In this document: positions 12,571 through 25,268 of the stretch, piece after piece
How the letters are laid out: each line of letters begins with the position of its first letter
Position numbering within the stretch: position 1 is the stretch's first letter
NCBI GenBank assembly: GCA_030390025.1
Contig: CM059426.1
Span: 114,886,001-114,950,000, forward strand
Length of the DNA stretch: 64,000 bases
Reading direction: 5' to 3'
Origin: Squalus acanthias
Lineage: Eukaryota
Translations under genes and position numbers: made by a program
The notes under the pieces: generated by a model
Seen by the model: only the letters and a program-made list of their open reading frames with translations
Databases searched by the model: none
What the model was told of the DNA's origin: nothing

Positions 12571-14281
12571 TAATGTTTGGAAATGCGAAGCACAATATGA
12601 CCCACATTGACACATAACACCAGGTTATGCAGAAGTGACACATGACAATTCTGACTCATCTCCAGAAACAAAGGTTTGCTGAACACTTTTCCCAGAAAAG
12701 AACCTTCCTTGTTTTTGTTTTTAAACAGTCGGACAAGTACACCCTTAAATCAGTGCTAACAATTTCTGTGGTATATCTTAGTCGGATAGTGTGACAGGTG
12801 AGATGGTAAGCCTGACACAGTACAATGCAAATGAGGTCAGGCAGACAGGTAGGCAGGGAGACCAACAGTGGCCTCTTCATATTTGACTGTCCTTTTTCTG
12901 CTATACTGTGAATTATTTTGATCAGCAAGGTGAGTGATGTTAGTGCGGGGGAATGCAACACTTTTCATTTCAGGTACCCAATGTCAATGTTTAACACTCC
13001 CAGGTCAGGTATAGAATAGGTTAGATGCAAAGTAAAGCTGCCTCTACTTTGCCCTGACAATGTACCTCAGCTCCAATCTCAAAATAGCCAATCTCACTCA
13101 GAGGCCAAAACATGCCGAGTCATGTTTTTTCCATTTCCTATACCAGCATCTTTTGGCAACTTGGGGATTGTTAAAAAACTTTTTTAAAAATACATACTAC
13201 TTTTAACTTCTAGATTGTGGGTGGCTGAATTATATTACTGTTTCTACAGCTAACAGGTAAATTGATGTATGTCACTCATTTAGGGAGCAAGATATGTCAT
13301 GAGTGCCCCTTTGAAACTTTTCCTCTCTTCTTAAGGTCCATGTGTTGTGTTCTGCCCTCAGGCAGGCCCAAACTCAAGTCTCATACATGAAATTCTTGAG
13401 CCACTTACTAGGGAGGGGTCGCTGAGGAGGTTTCCTGTCGCCTTCCTCACAATTTTTATCTCCTGAGAACCATGTCCTTGGTCGGCTGCTGTCAAAGAGC
13501 CCCACCCACCCTTTATGAGGGGGGAGCACACGCACCCATCGGACTCAAGTACCCCTGCTTGACATCAACCCGGTATTCGGAGTTGGGTCGCTGCTCGCCA
13601 AGGCTGTCTTGAGTGGGGTCGGAAACTAACCCTTCTGACTCAGAGGTGGGAATACTACCACTGCACCGGTGGTCACTCTGTTTGGATGCGAGCACCCTGC
13701 TGGATGTCAACCCAGTATTTTGAAACCATAGTCTAGTTGCCACTCGCTGGAACTGTCCAGAGTGGGGCTCAAACCCTTCACCTTCTGATTCAGAGATGGG
13801 AATAATACCACTAAGCCAAAGGCTCACTCCATTCTTAATGATATTAAATTTATGCTCTTTAGTTACTGAGTCATCGACCAGTGAAAATAGTCATGGAAAA
13901 GTAATTGTAAGGTTCTATTTCTCGCATTTTTTCCCCTCTTTTCTATTTCTGGGTCTTTATGCAATTTGTGTCATCTTTGGCTGAGGAGACAAGTGGGAAA
14001 CCTGTTCCCAGGCCTTTGTCAGTACAGTTATGTTATATCTCTGCCAGGAATATGTGATAGCGACTCAGTGCCATTCTCCCTCCAAAGTTCCTCCCCACCT
14101 GGCCTCCCTACAACAGCACAGGTCAGACTGTGCTTGGGGAGTCCACACCCTGCCAATCAATGGCATACCGTATTGGAGGTCTAACAGGCTTTACCACTCC
14201 ACCATGCTGCAATGGAAATGGAAAAATTACTGTATGTAATAAATCCCACAGTATGCATGTAATAAAACTGCAAAACCTCAC

Positions 14282-14374
14282 TTATCAGGCCCATCAATAT
14301 TGTCCATGATCCAGAGGTGAACTGAGGTAACCCGCTGGTTGTCTAATTTTCCAAGTTCTATTTCACCAAAAATG
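14282..14374 (-). CDS. CD38: Gene A exon 6 (catalytic Glu)
   Basis: ctgtcactag|C...AA|gtgagg; 93 nt; SIFGEIELGKLDNQRVTSVHLWIMDNIDGPD. The E of IEL aligns with CD38 E226. Confidence 0.95.
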
Positions 14375-15205
14375 CTAGTGACAGGAAAGAAAAACACAAT
14401 CAGTGCCAATAATGTGCAAAGAATAATGTAATCAATATGAATATTGATATGATACTCAGTTAGACTGTGGTTTAAGTGAAAGCCACCAATTTCTGCTATG
14501 TACCATACAGTTCTTTCATAATTTAAGATTTCTTGTTACCATACTAAAGAAAAGAAATATGCATGTAGCAATGAACATTCAGGGTTTAAACAGCTTGGTG
14601 TAAGGCATTTAATTCATAAGCATTAATACCACCATAAGGGTATCAAATAAACAATTTAAAGATACATTCCAAGATAATACACTACAGCAGCCTTATCCTT
14701 GAGTATTTATTTGGAAAATACCGCCCTGTATTCAACCTCAAACTATTTCTACATTTGGTTAAACCCTCACCACCTCCCCCCCTCCACCCCCCATGCCTTT
14801 CTGATCGGCGCCATCATCTTTGCTATATTTTCAGTACCAGCCTTTTTGGAGGAACTGTATCAAAGGCCTTACTGAAATCCAAGTACAGCAGAGTCCCTGT
14901 TACAGCTGTGACCCTTCATCATGAAGGTTGATTGCACCCAAAACGTCACCTGTTCCTTTCAGATGCTGATTGATCTGCTGTGTTTTCCAGCATCGTCTGT
15001 TATAAATAAGTGGCAGTAATTTCTGCATCGGTTCTTCCGATGTCCCGCCACAACTTGGGCGGGAGATCTGCAGAAACCCCAGAGAAATGTCCATCTCCAC
15101 CATTTCTCCGAGGTTTCCACCAAACTTCCGCTGAAGTTCCCGGAAATTCTACCCTGTTATAGTTAAAAGTACAGTTCTGCCACGCTGATGTCACCAGTGT
15201 TGTAC

Positions 15206-15282
15206 CTGTCTGTTCTGAAAGCTTTGACGTGAGCAGATCCATTCAGCATCACCGTTACTTCTCCATGGGCCTTTTTTGCATA
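15206..15282 (-). CDS. CD38: Gene A exon 5
   Basis: tttcacag|TAT...AG|gtacaa; 77 nt; YAKKAHGEVTVMLNGSAHVKAFRTD, with the VMLNGS motif. Confidence 0.95.
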
Positions 15283-16906
15283 CTGTGAAATGTACACACA
15301 ATTACTTATCTCCTGTCTAACTGGTTCAGTTGAATCAAACCCACATTCATTTTTTCCGAGCAAATAATAAAGCCCCGGTTTTACCCAGCATGACTGGCAG
15401 GTTAAAATGGCGGTCGACTGCTTTGTGCAGCGTTCCCACCTGCCGTCACTTCAACTCTGTGTAAAACAGAGTCGGGAGGGTAGCTCGCCTCTACCTTGCA
15501 GGGGTCTACTTAAGGTGCAGAAGTCACGGCCCGACGACCGCATCGGTGCTATGACACAATTTTAACACCCGGGATCATGAGGCTCGCGCAGCGCCGAATC
15601 TCCCCCTCCCCCAGCAAAACCTAGCAGAATTTGACAGGGTGGCTAAGGTAAGTTTCTTTTTGAATTTTTGTTAGGCTTTCCTCCGGAGTGCTCCCTCCAG
15701 CCCCGCAAGGAGTCCTTGGACCTCCCCAGTACTGGCCTTGTCTCTCCCTCCCAGCGTCAAATGCTCCTTGGAAATCCCTCTCCGAGCACTAACTTATGAG
15801 GGGTACCATTACCTTGGGTCCCCGGCAGTGTGTGGCTTCTGGCATAATTCGCACCTGCCGGCCATGGGGTCACTCCCGCCACCCCAGTTTCTGGCAGGAG
15901 ACGGATCGGAACTATTCAAATGAGGCCTAGGAGTTAAAATGGACCCCAAGCCTCACACGGAACTCTTCACGAAGGTTTCTCTCCTGCCATGCACCCTGGC
16001 TGTACTGAACATGCCCCGAGTTAGAATCGGAACTTATGCTTATTTCTACAATTCTTCAGGCCTTGGGCCCTAAATGCCACTTTCTATTTTAAAATTGTTT
16101 TCACTCTTTAGTTCCTCCCTGCGCATCATTTTTGAAACAACAGAGGTGACCGATGACTTGCTTCAATGCCTTTACTGATCTAACTTTAATTCTCATTTTC
16201 TTCTCTCCCCCTCTAAGGACGCTGATTCAGGCTGACGTATGGTTCCATGGTTGCTAGCAACCCTCCAGTACTTTGTCCAGGCCGACACATGAAGAATGGC
16301 CACTTGGATCGTGAGATAGACAAATTATAGGGACATGAACGTTGAGCCCCAATCCTGTTCACCTGACATCCACTCATGCACACTTTGCAGCAGGAGTCAG
16401 TTGACATGATTAGGAGTGGCAACCCAGGCTGATTTGTTTTTCCCTTCTCTAGTCTCGGGAGCACCCTTACCTAGTCGACAAACTCGCTTCCTCTGCTGCT
16501 TGGAGACACCTGAGCAGATCAGAGGATTTCAGTTGAGTCAGATCAGGTGTGCAATTATACTGCTATGACACAGGCATTAAATGGCAAGTGTGGTACTTTC
16601 TAAACTGGAATGAAACAAGTATTGTTTATGGGTTGGAGGAGGGGGAGGTGTGGGTCTCCATGTTTATTCTACTGCCTTTGCTCTGAAGTTGCATTCTAAC
16701 AGGATGATCTCAAATTTGTAGAAAAAGACAAAAGCAAATTTAGCGGTGGCTTGGTTTAGGACACTGATCCCTGTAAAGCTCACCTTAAATCCAGACCCAA
16801 AACAGATTCATAGCAGAGGCATAAAAAAAATTGCCATCCAATTGTATACAATGAACAGATCTAATCAAGTAATGCACAAGTTGATTCAGCAATGTCACCA
16901 AAATTA

Positions 16907-17335
16907 ACATAGAAACATAGAATCTAGGAGCAGGAGTAGGCCATTCGGCCCGTCGAGCCTGCTCCACCATTCAATACGATCATGGCTGATCATCCAAATC
17001 CAGTACCCTGTCCCTGCTTTAATCCCCACAGTACACATATCCCACCCTACCCCCGTAACCCTACGTATTTAATTCCCCCTAACATATCCCATCCTATCCC
17101 CATAACCCCACATATTTAATCCCCCCTAACACTAAGGGTCAATTTATCATAGCCAAATCAACCTAACCCGCACATTTTTGGACTGTGGGAGGAAACCGGA
17201 GCACCCGGAGGAAACCCACGCAGACACGGGGAGAATGTGCAAACTCCACACAGACAGTCACCCGAGGTCAGATTCGAACCCGGGTCCCTGGCGCTGTGAG
17301 GCACCAGTGCTAACCACTATGCCACCGTGTTGCCC
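16907..17335 (-). mobile_element. HE1-like V-SINE
   Basis: tRNA-derived head (gggcaacacggtggcatagtggttagcactg..ggttcgaatc), V-domain gtgtggagtttgcacattctccccgtgtctgcgtgggtttcctccgggtgctccggtttcctccca, CR1-derived tail, and an internal duplication of about 45 bp. Confidence 0.9.
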
Positions 17336-17768
17336 GTGTTAAACAGAAAGTTTAAAAAAAAAATCATGGTTTATTTTTTAACAAAGTATTTATTTTCTCT
17401 CCATTTCTCCTCTTCAGGGCTCTCTGAGTCACACAGCATTCCTCAGCTGAGAGGAAGGTGACAGGCTCCCAGTCTTCACTGATGCCACACCATAATCAGC
17501 TATTAGCTGGGTGCATGAGCGTCACCCCATGGTGACGGTCCTTTTGGTTTTCCCTCCTTTGCTGTAGGTGGGCTTTGTCTCGACACAAGACCACAGTGGC
17601 ACAGGTGAAAGACTCTGGGCTTATTATGTGGGTATTTGAGGATGTAAATTGGCATCGGCACTGAGGCACAGAGTGCTGAATCTTCAACTAAAAGCTGCTG
17701 CTCCAATGTTACTGCACCGCACTAACACATTGCCCCATCAGAATTGTTTCAGAGAAAGAAGCACTTAC

Positions 17769-17851
17769 ATTTTCAGATGCCGCTTTCCAAAATGAACTCA
17801 ATGAATTGTTTTTACAATCGGTGTATTTGGGACATGCTTCAAAATTAGGTC
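17769..17851 (-). CDS. CD38: Gene A exon 4
   Basis: ttgttacag|GA...AAT|gtaagt; 83 nt; GPNFEACPKYTDCKNNSLSSFWKAASEN, with the FWK motif. Confidence 0.95.
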
Positions 17852-19223
17852 CTGTAACAAATTAATAATTTACAATTCAAATGATTGTGAAATGTTAATA
17901 TCCCAGGCTCTATCTGCAAGGTACAGGAGTTGTTTGTTTAATATTATACAGGAAAATAAACTTTTATAACGTTAAGTACTGAGCAACCTTTCTTATAAAC
18001 AGTGAACTGTAAACACACCATGGGCTGCATTTGAACTATTTTATGTGGATCTCTCTTGTTATTTTAAGTTTGCTAAAAAATGCTAATTTTAGTGTATGGG
18101 TTTCACTGTGTTACGATAGAAGGAGCTTAAGTCATGAGCGAGAGGCATATTTTGGGCTGGATGCTTGCTTTTAAACATTTATGCTCATTTTAAACTTCTT
18201 TTCATCCAAAAGGCGAGAGTAACTGCCAGCAAGGAGCTCTGAGGATGGGTTTACTCAGCCTCCCATACATTCATCACACCTGGTTGAAATACAACATTTT
18301 GAGAATGACTTCTTTATATTTCTGACTCTTTGACTAAAATTAGCAAAGACAGGAACGGCACCTCTGATATATTTAAAAAGCACTATTCAAAATTTTAGGA
18401 ACCATAATTTTTTTTAAAGCAAAGAATGAATCAGTTTGTGCTTACGTTTCACCAGATGATTCATTATAAACTACAAGTTTTTCACTTCTCCACTTAAGAG
18501 CCATTATTACAGCATTAGGGCTTGATTCGTGGTTTTTTTTGCAGTTCCTGAGCAAGAACATTACTGGTCATCAAAAAAAAAATCAATGAAATGATTCAAC
18601 AAGGTGACCCAAACATAAATAAGGGTGAATTCACAGATCCTTTGCTTCCAATGGGGAGCTCCACTTGAAAGGAACACAGCTGGAGCCCCACATATTCTTT
18701 GAATACGACTCTCCTTTGTCCCGCCGATAACCCAGATTTGATGCCCTGATTGGTGCTGAATTATCTGATCTTGTTTGTGATAGTGGTGGAGACATGGCAA
18801 CTGCCCTCAGTGTTGTCCTCGAAGGTCAGTTACATACAGGCTCTTTGAGGCTGGAATATAGCTGCGGCCAGTCTCGGAGGCCTGAGTTTGGGCTGTTTAA
18901 ACTCAAGGGGCGATTTCACACTCCTGCAGCCCCAGCAGGGAGTTGTGCTCATGTGGAGCACATTGCAGGCCAGTTTCCACATATTAAAATGAATGGATGG
19001 AAAATCACAGGCTGTGATCCCACGATGCACTGTCTGGGAATGCCACTTCTTGCTGGAATCGGCCCATTGGTTCCCAGCGAATACAGGTTTGTGACAAAAA
19101 TAGGAGCCTTCGTGTACTGCACGGAATTGAATGACCCAATGGAAGCTGATGCGTACCATAAGTTCTGCATTGAGGAGATCTTTGAGAAGCTCAACCTGAG
19201 AGTGATATAAAAGCGACGGTATA

Positions 19224-19838
19224 GGGGGAAAAATTTGGTGGAGCCCCCTTTGGGGTGCTAACGTCGCCAGGACTACTGGAAGCGCTCCCCCTCCTTCTTG
19301 GGGTGCTACCAGTGAATTTCGCGGCACTACGTGCAACAGCGCCATGCACGTCGGCATGTAGCGCCGCATCATTGCAGGCCTCCCTCCCCTGATTAAAGGG
19401 GAGGGGCCTAGCGCTGTGCGTACCGGGGCCCTGCTGGACCATAGGGAGCGGGGTGCCGGGAAAACAGCCCGGCATTCAAGAGGAGTGCCAGGTTGAGCGA
19501 TCGCGGCCGGCACCCCGAAGAAAAAAGGGGAAGGGGGCAGGTAGGTGCTGGCAGGCGGCCCAAAACAAATGGGCGCCTGACACCTGCCCTTTAAGTAGCA
19601 CCGCCGCGGCTGCATAAACGCCACCCTGACCCTGTCGGACATATTGTCCGGTGATAGGTCGGGGGGTGCAACCCAAGGTTGCAGCAGGGGCACTGCGCAC
19701 GGCGATGACATCATCGCCGGCGGCGCAGCGCCAGAGGGTGCTACCAGCTACCGCCGCTAACCTCTCGTGGAATTTCGCGGGAGGCATTAACGGCGCCGCG
19801 CCCGGGCGCTAGAGGCTTTGCGTCCCGTTAGCGCCCCT
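19224..19838 (+). mobile_element. GC-rich non-autonomous element, copy 2
   Basis: Same GGGGGAAAAATT end and internal blocks as copy 1. Confidence 0.85.
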
Positions 19839-20235
19839 TAGGGTTAGAGTCAACCTGAGTCCAGAGGAAGCCCCTTGGACAGTTTAAAAACAGTTTTTTT
19901 TTAAGTTTGAGAACCCAGCTCTCAAGACATTCCAAATGTAATGGATGGGGGCTGGGGTCTGTGTGTGCTTATAAGAGGAACTCTCGCCTGGCCACGAGAA
20001 TTCGATTCAGATCCAGGCAGGAGCCAGGCAGCATAAACAAGGTATTGCTTGTCTGGAACAGGTCATGTCGATGATCATTCCAAGAATACAATTTTAAACA
20101 AAAGCATTTATTAACAAACCAAATTCTCAAAATCTCCACTGCTAAGGAGCCCATGAATTTATTATTCTTGAATTACAAGTAAAAGGTATTGATGGTAATT
20201 CAATACTTTCTGCCATAAAAAATGACACTACTCAC

Positions 20236-20371
20236 CCGGGCTGGAGAGTTTCCCACACCAATTCAGGCCGTCTATCATATAGCCAACCAAAGTGCTCTCG
20301 AGAGGCATAACCTTCTTTGTGACGTCGGTGTACTGAAGGATGAGTACTTTAGTCTGGCTCCAGAAGATTGA
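20236..20371 (-). CDS. CD38: Gene A exon 3 (active-site Trp and TLEDTL-like signature)
   Basis: ttcttag|TCA...CCG G|gtgagt; 136 nt; SIFWSQTKVLILQYTDVTKKVMPLESTLVGYMIDGLNWCGKLSSP. Confidence 0.95.
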
Positions 20372-22099
20372 CTAAGAAATATGAACAATCTCAGCAGTGA
20401 AATGTTAATGGAACATGAGGAAAATAACATTTAAATTAAAAAGTACTTCAGGATTGCACTGTTGGATCATCTTACACTGGAGTTTTCTTTCTTAAATTAA
20501 CAGCCATATTAAAAGAAAATAATCAGTGGATAGATATTTTATGAAGCTTACTGCAGATTGGGAGCTGCCATTTTTTCCTATTCAAGGATGCTGAGAGTTG
20601 ACATGTTTGTGGCTGCCCGGACACTCTGAGCTTGCCCGGACACTCAGCAATTTACAAAGAGCCATGAAGAGATCTTTCTGGCAGGACAGATTTAAAAACA
20701 TCAGAACTTCAGATGTAGCGAAAATTATTTTTAAGGAAACCCCAGGGTGTATAATAGAATGCATGGGATAGATTTTGACATAGTGCGATAGTGTAAAATT
20801 GGTGATAGTGGATCGGCCGCCCATTTTAAACCTCCCAATTTTTATTTCCACTGACTTCAATGGAAATAAAAAATGGGGAGAGATGTGAACCTGACTGCCG
20901 ATTCGTTATCACCCATTTTAGACTATCGCACAAAGTCAAATTCTACTCCATTGAATTTTACAGTCTGCTCTGGTATTTATCTCCACATGAGCCAACTAGT
21001 CTAATCCCCCCGCTCCTGATTGCACCGTATATCCTTTAGTATTCCTCTTCTTCAAGCAACTATCTAAATACCTTTTTAAAATAATTTATGGACTTTGCTT
21101 CAACATTAGTTTGTGGCAGGCAATTCCACATTCTAAACATCCGCTGTGCAAAGAAATGCACCTGGCTGTTCCGTGTGGGCTCTCCTGATCTCCCGCCATA
21201 ACTCAAGCAGATGTTTGGCGGACATGAAGCAGAAACGGTGGAAATTCTATCCAAGGCTTTCGAGCTTGCCCTGTAATTCTTTGTGGTTGTTTTAAATTTG
21301 AGCCTCTGGTTACAGTTTTGCCAACTATTGGAAGCAATTTATCTAATCTTGAAGACGTCTACCAAAAAAATTCCAGACCTGTTGTTATGGGCCCAGGCTA
21401 TGATCTCGGCCTGGACCCTCAGGTGGGGCCACTTCCGCCGTTTGGTGGCCTGGCATACCTATTGTCACTGATAAAATGCTGTATCTGGGTCCTAACCTAT
21501 TTACCTGCCCTTCTGACACACTCCCACAGGAATTTCAGTGTAAGTGAGGAGAATTTTCACCCCTGTAATGCAATATGAATGTCAATCTTTTAAGTCTTTT
21601 TTAATGACTGGTTATTAAAATGAATCTCCTATTCCTTGTTTATTTTATCTCAGGATGTGGGCAGCACTGGTAAGGCTGCATATATTGCCCATTCCTATTT
21701 GCCCCGGCAACTGAGTGGCTTAAGAGTCTAGTGGCACTCGATTCACATGCAGGTCTGACTGGGTAAGGGTGGCAGGTTCCCTTCCCTGAAGGACTTTAGT
21801 GAAACAGCTGAGTTTTTACGACAGTCTGGCAGCTTTCATGACAATTTTCTTCTGGTGCCAGCCCACAAATTAACAGATTTATTGAATTAAATGTCATAAC
21901 TTGTCATGGTGGGATTTAAGCTCACAACCTCTGGCTGCTAGTTCAGGACCATTCATACTACACTATCGAACCCCTCTTCCATCCAAATTCAATGATTTAA
22001 CCTTGACACATGGTATAACATAGAAGTGAAGTTGCAATGTCATTACTGTATGTTAGTCTGGACTATCATGACAGGCTCCTGAAGTGCCTTATTCCTCAC

Positions 22100-22229
22100 C
22101 TGGTTAGCTGGGATGTCATGATCTGCCAGATCCAGAAATGGTTTATAATCCTCTTTTGTGATACTGCATGGGTCCTTGGAACTAAATGCACGCAGAAATG
22201 CTTCCCAGAGCTTTGAACAGTCTTTGTTT
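22100..22229 (-). CDS. CD38: Gene A exon 2
   Basis: tttgtcag|A AAC...CAG|gtgagg; 130 nt; NKDCSKLWEAFLRAFSSKDPCSITKEDYKPFLDLADHDIPANQ. Confidence 0.95.
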
Positions 22230-22354
22230 CTGACAAAAAAGAAACAAACACTAAATACGCTGTTAGAATGGAGTAATGCATTGTCATTGTTGCTAAGAAA
22301 TATTGGTGCTGAAAATCCGTTATTTGTTCTGGTATACTCGCAGCTAAAGAAAGA

Positions 22355-22758
22355 ACTTGCATTTATATAGTGACTTTCAGAATGTTCCAAAGCACTTTAT
22401 AGCAAATAAAGCATTTTTTTAAACTTGTAATATAGGGAAATGTGGCATCCAATTTGCACACAGCAAGGTCCCAGAAATAACTTCACCTGATGAAGGAGCA
22501 GCGCTCCGAAAGCTTGTGATTTCAAATAAAGCTGTTGGACTATAACCTGGTGTTGTGCGACTTCTCACTTTTGTCCACCCCAGTCCAACACCGGCATCTC
22601 CGCATCATGGCCAGAAATAGCAATAAGATAAATGACCCGATCATTTGTTTTTAATGATGTTGGTTGAGGGATAATATGGGCCAGAACTCCCCCTTCTTCA
22701 AATATTGTCATGGGATCTTTTACATCCACCTGAGATAACAGACAGGATCTTGTTTAAC
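22355..22758 (-). mobile_element. DeuSINE with nested Penelope terminal fragment
   Basis: Deu-domain sequence on the minus strand. The insert at 22480-22610 is flanked by a 9-bp duplication, ccagaaata. Confidence 0.75.
22483..22519 (+). ncRNA. Minimal type I hammerhead ribozyme motif (Penelope-associated)
   Basis: UCAC CUGAUGA A GGAGC-AGC-GCUCC GAA AGCU U GUGA. Confidence 0.7.
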
Positions 22759-23756
22759 AAGGGGCCGTATATTCCGATGCCTATGGGTATGTATGCGTTA
22801 TGTACACACCCGTAGGGACATCGGAAATGCCGGTTTCAGGCATGCGAATTGCAGGATTACTTTTGCCAAGGCCGGAGGGGGGGGGGGGGGGGGTTCCTCA
22901 CTGCAAAGCTGGAAAATCCTGGCAGTGCTGCAGTGGGACCAGCATTGCAGCACCAGAAGAGGTGGTGAGGGACCTTAAAGGGGCAAAATACGTCAGAAGA
23001 TTAAGGAAGCTCCTGGCTTTATAGGGCTTGGCAGAGACTGAATCCGAAAAGGGTTAGTATCTGGGGGACCCATTTCCCCACTGTTTGCACTGCTGGCCCG
23101 CCTGATTGTAGACAGGATAATGGAGGAAACTTCAGCCCACCATGTCTAAACTTGAGACATTTTTTATTGAGAACTTCCCTCCTTACCTCAGTGATGTTAC
23201 AATCCTTTCAAGATTTCCCTCCTTTAAATTAACCCTTTTTTTGCTGCTCTTGGTTTTGTATTTTTTTCTCTCTCACATATAAGCGTTGACATACATGAAT
23301 AAAAAAAGGTTCAACTGCCCCCAACCATTCAGAATGTGGAAAATAAACAAGCAATGCCAAGGTTACAATTCAAGATTTTCCTAGTCACATAAGATTAGCA
23401 CCCAAAGGGGGAGTTTTAACTCGGGGCGGTGGAGGAGTTAAAATAAAGGTGGTAGATTAACTACACCGTTCCCGCTCTTCCACCATTTTTCCCAGGGACC
23501 TTCCACTGGGCATCCGAGTGGATCAGGTGGAAGCCTCATTAATCTATACAAATTGGGGTCTTATGATGTACATAGGACCTCAACAGCATTTTACCTGCCT
23601 ACTGGGTGGAGTGCCACCATGAACACTCTGCCCAGTAAAAGCTGGCAGAACAGAAGAGGCCCTTCGAGGTAAGTGAGTGCTCCTCCGGACTCCACACGAA
23701 TAACGTGGGCTGCTGCAGCCCTGGGCCCCCCCGCCCCCGAAGCTCTGCTCTTGGAA

Positions 23757-24060
23757 GACTGAGGCCCCGTCTGCTCTCTCAGGTGGACGTAAAAGATCCT
23801 ATGGCACTATTTCTAAGAAGAGCAGGGGAGTTATCCCCGGTGTCCTGGCCAATATTTATCCCTCAACCAACATAACAAAAACAGATTATCTGGTCATTAT
23901 CACATTGCTGTTTGTGGGGGCTTGCTGTGCGTAAATTGGCTGCCGCGTTTCCCACATTACAACAGTGACTCCACTTCAAATAGTACTTCATTGGCTGCAA
24001 AGCGCTTTGAGACGTCTGGTGGTCGTGAAAGGCGCTAAATAAATACAAGTCTTTTTTTTT
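23757..24060 (+). mobile_element. DeuSINE (SacSINE1-like)
   Basis: Deu domain gtggacgtaaaagatcc..ggcactattt..gaagagcaggggagtt..gtgtcctggccaatatttatccctc. Confidence 0.85.
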
Positions 24061-24862
24061 GTCCAGGCTGAGTTGTCCTGAGCTGGCTGACATTGCGCTG
24101 GCCAGGAACCAGCGGGCTGCATCGGAACTCGCTTGAGGCGTGGAGCTCGCTGCATATATGTTAATGAAGCCTGGGCCTTGAAATGGGCTGGACTTCCTGC
24201 CAGCACTATCAGGTGGCCAGCTGCCAGCTCCACCAGTCGGTGCCCCTTTAGGTAAAATCGACCACAGATTGTGTTGCTCTCTCAAGACTCTCTGTTTCCC
24301 TCTCTGCAAGTTGTTGAATAGAAAAGTTTCAGCCATGCTGTTTACTGTGGGTAAGTGTTTTCACACAAGACTATATATGAAGCATTTCATTGTGGCAGCA
24401 GGCAAATACTTAGCAAGGATGAGCAGAGACAGAGAAAAAGGAAGAGAATTTTTTTTAAAAAGCTCCTTACTTAAAAAAAAAAATCAGACAAGTTGTATTT
24501 GGATTGTCAAGATTTTGATTAAATATGTTTCAGTCTTGGATTGCTCACATGCAACTATCAAATTAAATAAGAGCCAAAGTCAATCTAAATGTATTTTTCT
24601 ACCAGTCAGTTGTCTAGCAAATAAACTGAAGATTAGAAAGTGTTTTGCATTTGTTAAATAGATTTTGGTGGAAAAAGGACTGGAGTATGCTGTTCGCACA
24701 CACTTTGAAAACAAGTTAATTCACTGACTGTTTATATCTTTACTGGTTAAGACTTTTAATTGTTATAATTAATGAAAACAGCCACAAGCAGTTTTTCTGA
24801 AAACATTTAAAATTATGATGTGCTTTAATGCTGTGCCAGTGAAGAGTTACAAATTGACCTAC

Positions 24863-25071
24863 CCTGCCTTGGGATTTATGATTCCAATGTAGTTGAAGCA
24901 TCTCCCAGTCATTATGTCTTTCAACTTTTCTGTTGATCCTTCTCCTTTCCAAACAGCTTTGGTGTCGTCCTTTGCCAACGTTCTCTCTGTATGGCTTAAA
25001 AGCATGAGTCCAAGGAGGAGCAAATCTATTATCAGCAATAAGATATTGGTGTTACTACAAGAATTGGCCAT
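24863..25071 (-). CDS. CD38: ADP-ribosyl cyclase gene A (CD38-like), exon 1
   Basis: ATG at 25071 in strong Kozak context (agaATGG). Encodes MANSCSNTNILLLIIDLLLLGLMLLSHTERTLAKDDTKAVWKGEGSTEKLKDIMTGRCFNYIGIINPKAG, with the family motif WxGxG..GRC. Donor GG|gtaggt. The CD38 rather than BST1 assignment is inferred from 8 exons and the downstream position. Confidence 0.9.
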
Positions 25072-25268
25072 TCTATTTATTCTTGTGTACGAGTCGTAAG
25101 AATGGGCTTATACATTTAAGGAATGAAAATTTCAGGCTACACTTGAGACGAGTTACCACTTTGAAATGGGACTCTGTTAGGTACAGCGATTAGACTACAT
25201 TCTCATATTATGAGTAACATGTTTGGTGCAAAACAAAGAATGCAACCTATTGGCAGTTTAAACTATTA

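Noticed and set aside
13590-13830. tRNA genes
   Set aside because: Degenerate tRNA-derived SINE heads with no complete cloverleaf.
14910-14955. Additional hammerhead
   Set aside because: The core is too degenerate: no intact CUGANGA or GAA.
18830-19714. 294-aa ORF, and similar ORFs at 4078-4533 and 41132-41786
   Set aside because: Stop-poor frames through the GC-rich repeat. They are not conserved in frame between copies.
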